Made by a program: the position numbers and the translations under genes
Shown: positions 18,603 to 29,530 of the stretch, piece by piece
How positions within the stretch are numbered: the stretch's first letter is position 1
How the letters are laid out: each line of letters begins with the position of its first letter
Assembly: GCA_965204755.1 (NCBI GenBank)
Contig: OZ242011.1
Location: forward strand, 1,088,001 to 1,152,000
Direction of reading: 5' to 3'
DNA: 64,000 bases
Source: Candidatus Marinacidobacterium sp.
GTDB taxonomy: Bacteria; Acidobacteriota; Vicinamibacteria; Marinacidobacterales; Marinacidobacteraceae
The notes under the pieces: model-generated
Told to the model about the DNA's origin: nothing
Database searches by the model: none
What the model saw: only the letters and a program-made list of their open reading frames with translations

Positions 18603-19442
18603 GTGAGCGACGACCGCATCCTGCGCATCGGGCACAGCCCGGACCCCGACGACGCCTTCATGTTCTGCGCGCTGGCCAAGGGCGCGGTCCGCATCCGCGA
18701 CTACCAGGTCGAACATGTCCTCGAAGACATCGAGAGCCTGAACGACCGCGCCGCGAACGCCGAACTCCCGGTGACCGCGATCTCCGCGCACGCCTACCTC
18801 ACGGTCGGGCGCCACTACCGGATCATGGCCACCGGGGCGAGCATGGGCGAGGGCTACGGCCCCGTGGTGGTCAGCCGCGAACCGGGCGAACTCTCCGACC
18901 TGGCGGGCCGCCGGGTGGCGATCCCCGGCCCCCGCACCACCGCGGCGCTCCTCGCCCGCTGCTACATCGGCGCGTTCGAACCGGTCGTCGTCCCCTTCGA
19001 CCGCATCCTGCAGACGGTCCGCGGCGGCGGCGCCGACGCCGGCGTCGTGATCCACGAAGGCCAACTCACCTACGCCGCCGAGGGCTTCCACCTCCGCTCC
19101 GACTTCGGCGTCCGCTTCCGGGACGAAACCGGCCTCCCCCTCCCCCTCGGCCTCGATGTGGTCCGCCGCGACCTCGGCCGGGACTTCGCCGTCGAAGTGA
19201 ACCGCGCCATGCGCGAGAGCATCGCCTGGGCCTACGACAACGAGGAAGAGGCCCTCGACTACGCCCTCGAATTCGGCCGCGGCCTCGACCGCGAACTCGG
19301 CCGCAAGTTCGTGAAGATGTATGTGTCCGACCTCACGAAGGACATGGGAGACGCCGGCGAAGCCGCCCTCCGCACCCTCTTCTCCATGGCCGAACGCGCC
19401 GGCGTCGTCCCCTCCGCCCCGGACTTCGAACTAGTCCGCTGA
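18603..19442 (+). CDS. mqnD: 1,4-dihydroxy-6-naphthoate synthase (futalosine menaquinone pathway)
   Basis: GHSPDPDDAFMF, DIESLN, ASMGEGYGPVVV, AIPGPRTTAAL, IHEGQLTY, LPLPLG, FVKMYV. Confidence 0.92.
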   Translation: MSDDRILRIGHSPDPDDAFMFCALAKGAVRIRDYQVEHVLEDIESLNDRAANAELPVTAISAHAYLTVGRHYRIMATGASMGEGYGPVVVSREPGELSDLAGRRVAIPGPRTTAALLARCYIGAFEPVVVPFDRILQTVRGGGADAGVVIHEGQLTYAAEGFHLRSDFGVRFRDETGLPLPLGLDVVRRDLGRDFAVEVNRAMRESIAWAYDNEEEALDYALEFGRGLDRELGRKFVKMYVSDLTKDMGDAGEAALRTLFSMAERAGVVPSAPDFELVR

Positions 19443-20204
19443 CAGCCGGTCCGCGTAGGCGAGGCGGATCCCGTCGAGGGTCAGGCGCTCCTCCACCCGG
19501 TCCACGACGCCGGTCCACTCCGCCACCTGGCGGGCGAGGCCGCCGGTGGCGATCACCGGGTAGTCCTCGCCGATCTCCGCCTTCAGCAGCCGCACCATCT
19601 CCCGGACCATGCCGGTCCAGCCGTGCACCAGCCCCGAGCGGAGCGCGGCCACGGTGTGGGTGCCGATGACCCGCTTCGGGGGGGCGAGTTCCACCCGCGG
19701 CAGCCGCGCGGTGCGGCGGACGAGCGCCTCCGCCGAGACGCCGAGGCCGGGGGCGATCGCCCCGCCGCGGTACTCCCCGGCGGCGGAGATCACATCGAAG
19801 GTGAGCGCCGTGCCGGCGTCCAGCACGATGGCCGCGGTCCCGAACAGCCGGTGGACGGCCACCGTGTTGGCGATCCGGTCCGCCCCGGTCTCCTCCGGCG
19901 TGTCCACCGCCAGCCGGATTCCCCGGGCCGTCCGGTGGGTCAACTCGAAGAGGGCCTGCCCGAAGTGGCGCCCGGCCACCGCGCGGAGCGTCCCGGTGAC
20001 CGTCGGCACGACGCTCGCCGCCGCGACCCCGGCGATCCGGCCGCGGGCGACGGACACGCCGGCGAGCAGCGAGTCCAAGAGAGCCGCCAGTTCGTCCGGC
20101 AGCCGCTCCGGGGCGGTCGAGACCCGCCAGTCGCGCACCCAACTCCCGCCGTCGTGGAGCCCGACCGCGGTCTTGGTGTTTCCCACATCGAAGACGAGCA
20201 GCAT
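19431..20204 (-). CDS. coaX: Type III pantothenate kinase
   Basis: LLVFDVGNT, SVVP, GADRIAN, VLDAGTALTFD, GGAIAPG, VIATGG, LTLDG. Confidence 0.95.
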   Translation of the reverse strand: MLLVFDVGNTKTAVGLHDGGSWVRDWRVSTAPERLPDELAALLDSLLAGVSVARGRIAGVAAASVVPTVTGTLRAVAGRHFGQALFELTHRTARGIRLAVDTPEETGADRIANTVAVHRLFGTAAIVLDAGTALTFDVISAAGEYRGGAIAPGLGVSAEALVRRTARLPRVELAPPKRVIGTHTVAALRSGLVHGWTGMVREMVRLLKAEIGEDYPVIATGGLARQVAEWTGVVDRVEERLTLDGIRLAYADRLSAD

Positions 20205-20276
20205 GGCGCGCCGGAAATGCTACCGGCGGCCGCCCGCCGCGTCCCGACGCCGGCCGTCGTCCATACTCCCGCGCCG

Positions 20277-21269
20277 ATGATCGCCCTCTCCGCCATCGAA
20301 GCCGCGCGCGGCCACATCCGGCCCTACGCCGTCCGGACGCCGCTCATCCGGCTCCGGCATCCGGCTGCCGGGGCCGACGAGATCTGGCTCAAGCCGGAGA
20401 ACCTGCAGCCCTTCGCCTCGTTCAAGATCCGGGCGGCGGCGGCGCTGTTCGCCGGGATCCCCGACGCAGACCTGGAGCGCGGCGTCATGACCGCGAGCGC
20501 CGGGAACTGGGCGCAGGCGGTGGCGTTCATGGCGCGGGAGCGCGGCGTCCCCTGCACGGTGGTCGTCCCGGAGACCTCGCCGGAGAACAAGCGCCGCTCC
20601 ATCGCCGCCCTCGGGGCCGAGATCGTGGTGGCGCCCTTCGCCGAGTGGTGGCAGGCCATCGTGACCCACTCCCACCCCGGCGTGGAAGCCCGGTTCGTCC
20701 ATCCCGTCGAGGAGGACGCGGTGATGGCCGGGAACGGCACGGCCGGCCTCGAAATCCTGGAGGACCTGCCGGAAGCGGACGCGGTGCTCGTCCCGTTCGG
20801 CGGCGGCGGGCTCAGTTGCGGCATCGCCTCGGCGCTGCGGCAGCGGGGCTCCGACGCGAAGGTCTATCCGGTGGAGGTCTCCACTTCGGCGAAGGTCGCG
20901 GCGGCCGTCGCCGGGGGCGGCCCGGTCTGGATCGACACCGAGCCCAGTTTCGTGGACGGGATCGGCGGCAACACGGTGCTCGACCCGATGTGGCCGTTGG
21001 TGGAGGAACTCCTGGCAGAGCCCCTCGCCGCCACCCCGGACGAGGCCGCCGAAGCCGTCCGCGTCCTCGCCGGCAGCGCCCGGATCGTGGCCGAAGGCGC
21101 CGGGGCCTGCCCGGTCGCCGTCGCGTTCGCCGACCGCGTACCCCGCGCCGGGAAGGGCGCGTCGGGAGGTCGGCCGCGGAAGATCGTGTGCGTCGTCTCC
21201 GGCGGGAACCTGGAGCCCTCGGTCTTCTCCCGCATCCTCGCCGGGGAGACGCCGCCCACCGCGCGGTAG
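20277..21269 (+). CDS. PLP-dependent threonine/serine dehydratase family enzyme
   Basis: RTPL, LKPENLQPFASFKIR (PLP lysine), TASAGNWAQAVA, GNGTAGLEILE, VPFGGGGL, AEGAGA, VVSGGN. Confidence 0.88.
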   Translation: MIALSAIEAARGHIRPYAVRTPLIRLRHPAAGADEIWLKPENLQPFASFKIRAAAALFAGIPDADLERGVMTASAGNWAQAVAFMARERGVPCTVVVPETSPENKRRSIAALGAEIVVAPFAEWWQAIVTHSHPGVEARFVHPVEEDAVMAGNGTAGLEILEDLPEADAVLVPFGGGGLSCGIASALRQRGSDAKVYPVEVSTSAKVAAAVAGGGPVWIDTEPSFVDGIGGNTVLDPMWPLVEELLAEPLAATPDEAAEAVRVLAGSARIVAEGAGACPVAVAFADRVPRAGKGASGGRPRKIVCVVSGGNLEPSVFSRILAGETPPTAR

Positions 21270-21300
21270 GCCTGCGGGGGCCGCGCGCGGCCCCGCGAAG

Positions 21301-24009
<2,709 letters not shown>

Positions 24010-24189
24010 GACGGTGGGTTTCCGCGTTCGCTCCGACGGCGACCCGGCCCGGCGGAGGCGAACCGGGGAGGATAACGGTCGGCCCCTTCGCCGCCGCCCC
24101 GGCGAACCCGTACCGTAGGATCGTCGTAAGGGGGGATGGCCCGCTCGGGCGCGACCGCGCAACCGGGCCGGAAAGGACAACCGCGCGCC

Positions 24190-25092
24190 ATGACCAACGA
24201 CGAAGAGACCGGCCGGAAGACCGACGCCGCAGCCAACGAGGCGCCGGAAGACGCGGCCCCGGAAGCCGCCGGCGCCGCCGCTCCCCCGCCCCCTCCCCCG
24301 GCGGACGCCGGCCCTCCGCCCCCGCCTCCCGACCTCGAGCCTTCCGCCGGCCGGCGGAAGGGGACCGGGTTCGACCTCGGCTACCTGTTCTCCTTCTTCT
24401 TCCGGGACCCGCGGGTCGTGCCGAAACTCCTCTTCGGCTGCCTCGCCTTCCTGTTCATCCCGGTGCTGGGCATCGGCCTCGTCGCCCTCGCCGGCTACTC
24501 GCTGGCCACTGCCCGGGGCGCGCTGCGGGGCGACGAGCACCCCATGGCGGAGTGGGACGACCTCGGCGCCATCCTGCTGGACGGCCTCAAGGTCGCGGTC
24601 GTCGTCCTCGCCTACTCCGCCGCCGGGGCGGTCGCCGGAATCTGCTTCCTGGGGTTCACCGCGCTGTGGGTCGCCATCGGCGAATCCGTCGGCTCCCCGG
24701 CCGTCGTGATCCTCTCGGTCTTCGGAGTGGTCGTCACCCTGTTCTTCGTGTCCTTCCTGGTGCTGGTGCTCAAGGGCCTCCTCCCCGTCGGCCTGCTGCG
24801 CCTGGCGGCGACCGACCGGCTGGGCGACGCCTTCCGCCTCAGCGGGCACCTCAGGCTGATCCAGGCGCACCTGGGGACCTTCTTCTTCCTCCTGCTGTCC
24901 CTGATCCTGTTCCACATCCTCTCGGAGGCGACGGTCCTGCTCTGCATCATCGGCATCGTCCCCGGAGTCTTCTGGGGCGCCGCCGCCTCCGGCGCCGCCA
25001 TCGGCCACGCCGGCCGCCTGATGGGCGTCCGCGTGGCCGCCGCCGCGCCGGACCGGTTGCCCGCTCCCCCCGCCGCGCCCGCCTCTTCCTGA
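24190..25092 (+). CDS. DUF4013-like integral membrane protein
   Basis: Pro-rich N-terminus, then FFFRDP..KLLFG..IPVLG..GY..EWDDLG..DGLK; 4-5 TM segments. Confidence 0.7.
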   Translation: MTNDEETGRKTDAAANEAPEDAAPEAAGAAAPPPPPPADAGPPPPPPDLEPSAGRRKGTGFDLGYLFSFFFRDPRVVPKLLFGCLAFLFIPVLGIGLVALAGYSLATARGALRGDEHPMAEWDDLGAILLDGLKVAVVVLAYSAAGAVAGICFLGFTALWVAIGESVGSPAVVILSVFGVVVTLFFVSFLVLVLKGLLPVGLLRLAATDRLGDAFRLSGHLRLIQAHLGTFFFLLLSLILFHILSEATVLLCIIGIVPGVFWGAAASGAAIGHAGRLMGVRVAAAAPDRLPAPPAAPASS

Positions 25093-25102
25093 GTTCCACC
25101 CG

Positions 25103-25130
25103 GCGCCCTCCCGCCGGACCGGGAGGGCGT
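25103..25130 (+). terminator. GC stem-loop between the DUF4013 gene and the Uma2 array
   Basis: gcgccctcccg-ccggac-cgggagggcgt, 11-bp stem; no U-tract. Confidence 0.35.
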
Positions 25131-25237
25131 CGCGCGAGACGCCGCGTTCTTCCGAGGCGGAGCCCCGGCGAATGCCGACGGCGGCCCGCCGCCCGATCAT
25201 CGCGGCGCTACCCTTCGGAGACTTCGGAGGAGCATCG

Positions 25238-26056
25238 GTGACGGAGACGAGCACGAGTTTCGTCGGGCCGCTCGGCTCGACGATCCACCACCTGCGCGCG
25301 GACGCGGCGACCGTGGCCGCCCTCGCCGGGCTGGACTGGACCGAGGGGTTCCGGCGGGTATGCCTCGACCCGGTGCGGGGAGTGGTGGTCCTCATGACCC
25401 CTTCGCGCCTCCACGAGGGCCTGACCGGGGTCTTCGACGACATCGTGGACTACGCGGCGGACGCGCTGGGCCGCGCCTCGACCAAACTCCGGAGCGTTCG
25501 CCTGCGCGGAAAAGGGGAGCCCCCGGGCACCGGCATGGAACCGGACTGCTCCTTCTATGTGGGGGAGCGCGCCCGCGCCTACCTCGAGGCCCTGGCCGAG
25601 AGCGAGAGAGCGGCGGACGCCTTCCTCGAGGAGAACGGCCCGGACCTCGTCGTCGAAGTCGAGATCACCCACGCCGATGCGGGCAAGATCGATCGCTACG
25701 CCGACCTGGGCGCGCGGGAGTTCTGGCAACTGCGCGGCAAGCGCGGGGAGAAGACGCTCCGGGCGGACTTCCTGGCGCTCCGCCGGGGAGCAGCGCCGCG
25801 TCCGCTGGAGGCTTCGGAAGTCCTGCCGGGGCTCACTTCGTCCGATGTCTGTCAAGCGGTCGAAGGCGTTCGACGGAGCCCGAGCCTTCGCAAACGCATG
25901 GAGGCGGTGGCCCGCATCGTCCGGCGCCGGCAGCAGAAGAGCATCCGGCTGCGCGAGGAACGGACCCCCTACGGGGAGGCGCCGGCCGTCGGCGAGCCGG
26001 CCGGCCCCGCAGTCGGCGCCATCCCGCTCGAAGGCCTGAGCACCGAGGAGCCCTGA
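25238..26056 (+). CDS. Uma2-family (PD-(D/E)XK) endonuclease, copy 1
   Basis: [41 protein letters not shown]; GTG start with GGAGGAG RBS. Confidence 0.88.
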   Translation: MTETSTSFVGPLGSTIHHLRADAATVAALAGLDWTEGFRRVCLDPVRGVVVLMTPSRLHEGLTGVFDDIVDYAADALGRASTKLRSVRLRGKGEPPGTGMEPDCSFYVGERARAYLEALAESERAADAFLEENGPDLVVEVEITHADAGKIDRYADLGAREFWQLRGKRGEKTLRADFLALRRGAAPRPLEASEVLPGLTSSDVCQAVEGVRRSPSLRKRMEAVARIVRRRQQKSIRLREERTPYGEAPAVGEPAGPAVGAIPLEGLSTEEP

Positions 26057-26874
26057 TGGCCGAGACGAGCACGAGTTTCGTCGGACCGCTGGGTTCGACG
26101 ATCTACCACCTCCGGGCGGACGCCGACACCGTGGCCGCCCTCGCCGGGCTCGACTGGACGAGCCGCTTCCGCCGCGTGTGGCTCGACCCGGTGGGAGGGA
26201 TCGTCGTCCTCATGTCCCCGTCGTCCCTCCACGAAGGCCTGACCGGAATCTTCGACGACATCGTGGACGCCGCGGCGGACGCGCTGGGCCGCGCCTCCGC
26301 CAAACTTCGGAGCGTTCGCCTGCGCGGGAAAGAGGCGCCGCCCGGCACGGGCGTGGAGCCGGACTGCTCCTTCTATGTGGGAGAACGCGCCCGCGCCTAT
26401 CTCGACGCCTTGGCCGAAAGCCAGAAAGCGGCGGACGCCTTCCTCGAGGAGAACGGCCCGGACCTCGTCGTCGAAGTCGAGATCACCCACGCCGACGAGG
26501 GCAAGATCGACCGGTACGCCGACCTGGGCGTGCGGGAGTTCTGGCAACTGCGCGGCAAGCGCGGAGAGAAGACGCTCCGGGCGGACTTCCTGGCGCTCCG
26601 CCGGGGAGCGGCGCCGCATCCGCTGGAAGTGTCCGAGGTCCTGCCGGGGCTCACTCCGTCCGATGTCTGCGAAGCGGTCGAAGGCGTTCGACGGAGCCCG
26701 GGCCTTCGCAAACGCATAGAGGCGGTCGCCCGCATCGTCCGGCGCCGTCAACAGCGGAGCATCCGGCTGCGCGAGGAACGGGCCCCCTACGGGGAGGCGC
26801 CGACCGTCGGCGAGCCGGCCGGTCCCGCAGTCGGCGCCATCCCGCTCGAGGGCCTGAGCACCGAAGACCCCTGA
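26056..26874 (+). CDS. Uma2-family endonuclease, copy 2
   Basis: Same motifs; TGATG coupling to copy 1. Confidence 0.88.
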   Translation: MAETSTSFVGPLGSTIYHLRADADTVAALAGLDWTSRFRRVWLDPVGGIVVLMSPSSLHEGLTGIFDDIVDAAADALGRASAKLRSVRLRGKEAPPGTGVEPDCSFYVGERARAYLDALAESQKAADAFLEENGPDLVVEVEITHADEGKIDRYADLGVREFWQLRGKRGEKTLRADFLALRRGAAPHPLEVSEVLPGLTPSDVCEAVEGVRRSPGLRKRIEAVARIVRRRQQRSIRLREERAPYGEAPTVGEPAGPAVGAIPLEGLSTEDP

Positions 26875-27695
26875 TGACCGGACTGAGCACGAGTTTCGTC
26901 GGACCGCTGGGTTCGACGATCTACCACCTCAAGGCGGACGCCGACACCGTGGCCGCCCTCGCCGGGCTGGACTGGACGAGCCGGTTCCGCCGCGTGTGGC
27001 TCGACCCGGTTGGAGGGATCGTCGTCCTCATGTCCCCGTCGCACCTCCACGAAGACCTGACCGGGGTGTTCGACGACATCGTGGACGCCGCGGCGAGCGT
27101 CCTGGGCCGCGCCTCGAAGAAACTCCGGAGCGTTCGGCTGCGCGGGAAAGGGGAGCCCCCGGGCACCGGCATGGAACCGGACTGCTCCTTCTATGTGGGG
27201 GAGCGCGCCCGCGCCTACCTCGAGGCCCTGGCCGAGAGCGAGAAGGCCGCGGACGCCTTCCTCGAAGAGAACGGCCCGGACCTGGTCGTCGAAGTCGAGA
27301 TCACCCACGCCGACGAGGGCAAGATCGACCGATACTCCGACCTGGGCGTCCGGGAGTTCTGGCAACTGCGCGGCAAGCGCGGGGAGAAGACGCTCCGGGC
27401 GGACTTCCTGGCGCTCCGCCGTGGAGCGGCGCCGCATCCGCTGGAGGCGTCGAAGGTTCTGCCGGGGCTCACTCCGTCCGATGTCTGCGAAGCCGTCGAA
27501 GGCGTCCGACGGAGCGGGGGCCGCCGCGAACGCACGGAGGCGGTGGCGAGCATCGTCCGTCGCCGTCAACAGCGGAGCATCCGGCTGCGCGAGGAACGAG
27601 CCCCCTACGGGGAGGCGCCGGCCGTCGGCGAGCCGGCCTGCGCCGCAGTCGGCGCCATCCCGCTCGAGGGGCTGAGCACCGAAGACCCCCGATGA
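26874..27695 (+). CDS. Uma2-family endonuclease, copy 3
   Basis: Same motifs; TGATG coupling. Confidence 0.88.
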   Translation: MTGLSTSFVGPLGSTIYHLKADADTVAALAGLDWTSRFRRVWLDPVGGIVVLMSPSHLHEDLTGVFDDIVDAAASVLGRASKKLRSVRLRGKGEPPGTGMEPDCSFYVGERARAYLEALAESEKAADAFLEENGPDLVVEVEITHADEGKIDRYSDLGVREFWQLRGKRGEKTLRADFLALRRGAAPHPLEASKVLPGLTPSDVCEAVEGVRRSGGRRERTEAVASIVRRRQQRSIRLREERAPYGEAPAVGEPACAAVGAIPLEGLSTEDPR

Positions 27696-28507
27696 CCGGA
27701 CTGAGCACGAGTTTCGTCGGACCGCTGGGTTCGACGATCTACCACCTCCGGGCGGACGCCGACACGGTGGCCGCCCTCGCCGGGCTCGACTGGACGAGCC
27801 GCTTCCGCCGCGTGTGGCTCGACCCGGTGGGAGGGATCGTCGTCCTCATGTCCCCGTCGTCCCTCCACGAAGGCCTGACCCGGGTCTTCGACGACATCGT
27901 GGCCGCCGCGGCGGACGCGCTGGGCCGCGCCTCGACCAAACTCGGGAGCGTTCGCCTGCGCGGGCAAGGGGCGCCCGGCACGGGCATGGAGCCGGACTGC
28001 TCCTTCTATGTGGGAGAACGCGCCCGCGCCTATCTCGGGGCGTTGGCCGAGAGCCAGGAGGCGGCGGACGCCTTCCTCGAGGAGAACGGCCCGGACCTCG
28101 TCGTCGAGGTCGAGATCACCCACGCCGACGAGGGCAAGATCGGCCGTTACTCCGACTTGGGCGTCCGGGAGTTCTGGCGTCTCCACGGCAAGCACGGAGA
28201 GAAGACGCTCCGGGCGGACTTCCTGGCGCTCCGCCGGGGAGCGCCGCCGCATCCGCTGGAGGCGTCGGAGGTCCTGCCGGGGCTCACTCCGTCCGATGTC
28301 TGCCAAGCCGTCGAGCGCGTCCGCCTGAGCCCCGACCATCGCGAACGGACGGAGGCGGTCGCCCGCATCGTCCGGCGCCGCCGGCAGCAGAGCATCCGGC
28401 TGCGCGAGGAACGGGCCCCCTACGGGGAGGCGCCGGCGGTCGGCGAGCCGGCCGGCGCCGCAGTCGGAGCCATCCCGTTCGAAGGCCTGAGCACCGAGGA
28501 CCCCTGA
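27692..28507 (+). CDS. Uma2-family endonuclease, copy 4
   Basis: Same motifs; ATGA overlap; one-codon deletion (GQGA-PGT). Confidence 0.88.
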   Translation: MTGLSTSFVGPLGSTIYHLRADADTVAALAGLDWTSRFRRVWLDPVGGIVVLMSPSSLHEGLTRVFDDIVAAAADALGRASTKLGSVRLRGQGAPGTGMEPDCSFYVGERARAYLGALAESQEAADAFLEENGPDLVVEVEITHADEGKIGRYSDLGVREFWRLHGKHGEKTLRADFLALRRGAPPHPLEASEVLPGLTPSDVCQAVERVRLSPDHRERTEAVARIVRRRRQQSIRLREERAPYGEAPAVGEPAGAAVGAIPFEGLSTEDP

Positions 28508-29322
28508 TGCCCGGATCGAGCACGAGTTTCGTCGGACCGCTGGGTTCGACGATCTACCACCTGCGCGCGGATACGGCGACCGTGGCCGCCCTCGCCGGTC
28601 TGGACTGGACGGAGGGGTTTCGGCGGGTGTGCCTCGACCCGGTGCGGGGAGTGGTGGTCCTCATGACCCCTTCGCGCCTCCACGAAGGCCTGACCGGGGT
28701 CTTCAACGACATCGTGGACGCCGCGGCCGACGCGCTGGGCCGCGCCTCGACCAAACTCGGGAGCGTTCGCCTGCGCGGGAAAGGGGATCCCCCGGGCACG
28801 GGTATGGAGCCGGACTGCTCCTTCTATGTGGGCGAACGGGCCCGCGCCTACCTCGAGGCCTCCGCCGAGAGCGAGAAGGCAGCGGACGCCTTCGTCGAGG
28901 AGAACGGCCCGGACCTCGTCGTCGAAGTCGAAATCACCCACGCCGACGAGGGCAAGATCGCCCGTTACGCCGACTTGGGCGTCCGGGAGTTCTGGCGCCT
29001 CCGCGGCAAGCACGGAGAGAAGACGCTCCGGGCGGATTTCCTGGCTCCGGACCGGGGAGCTGCACCGCATCGGTTGGAGGCGTCGGAAGTCCTGCCGGGG
29101 CTCACGCCGTCCGATGTCTGCCAAGCGGTCGAAGGCGTTCGACGAAGCCCGAGCCTTCGCAAACGCATGGAGGCGGTCGCCCGCATCGTCCGGCGCCGCC
29201 GCCAGCAGAGCATCCGGCTGCGCGAGGAACGGGCCCCCTACGGGGATGCGGCGGTCGGCGAGCCGGCCGGCGCCGCAGTCGGAGCCATCCCGCTCGAAGG
29301 CCTGAGCACCGAGGACCCCTGA
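28507..29322 (+). CDS. Uma2-family endonuclease, copy 5
   Basis: Same motifs; TGATG coupling; one-codon deletion in the tail. Confidence 0.88.
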   Translation: MPGSSTSFVGPLGSTIYHLRADTATVAALAGLDWTEGFRRVCLDPVRGVVVLMTPSRLHEGLTGVFNDIVDAAADALGRASTKLGSVRLRGKGDPPGTGMEPDCSFYVGERARAYLEASAESEKAADAFVEENGPDLVVEVEITHADEGKIARYADLGVREFWRLRGKHGEKTLRADFLAPDRGAAPHRLEASEVLPGLTPSDVCQAVEGVRRSPSLRKRMEAVARIVRRRRQQSIRLREERAPYGDAAVGEPAGAAVGAIPLEGLSTEDP

Positions 29323-29530
29323 CCGCGGGCGCGGCCCGAGTCTCGTCGGGCCGCCCGCCTCGAAGGCGGCGCGTTCGAGGCCCGGTTCGGCTACGGCCTC
29401 CCCGCCGGCTGCTTCCCCGGCGTCTTCACCCCGCTCGGCGACGACGACGCCAACGACGGCCGGATACGGAATGCCGCCGGGTGTCCGCTACGGCGACCCC
29501 GACGCGACGACGCTCGCCGACCGCACCGGT

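Larger units (their letters stand above)
25238..29322 (+). repeat. Tandem array of five ~815-818-bp gene-sized units (Uma2 paralogs)
   Basis: Unit starts at 25238, 26056, 26874, 27692 and 28507; near-identical DNA, no spacers. Confidence 0.97.

Noticed and set aside
25238-29322. Uma2 array as a CRISPR array, DGR or integron cassette array
   Set aside because: The units are whole genes with no spacers or attC-like sites. There is no reverse transcriptase, cas or integrase gene in the window. The differences are not adenine-specific.
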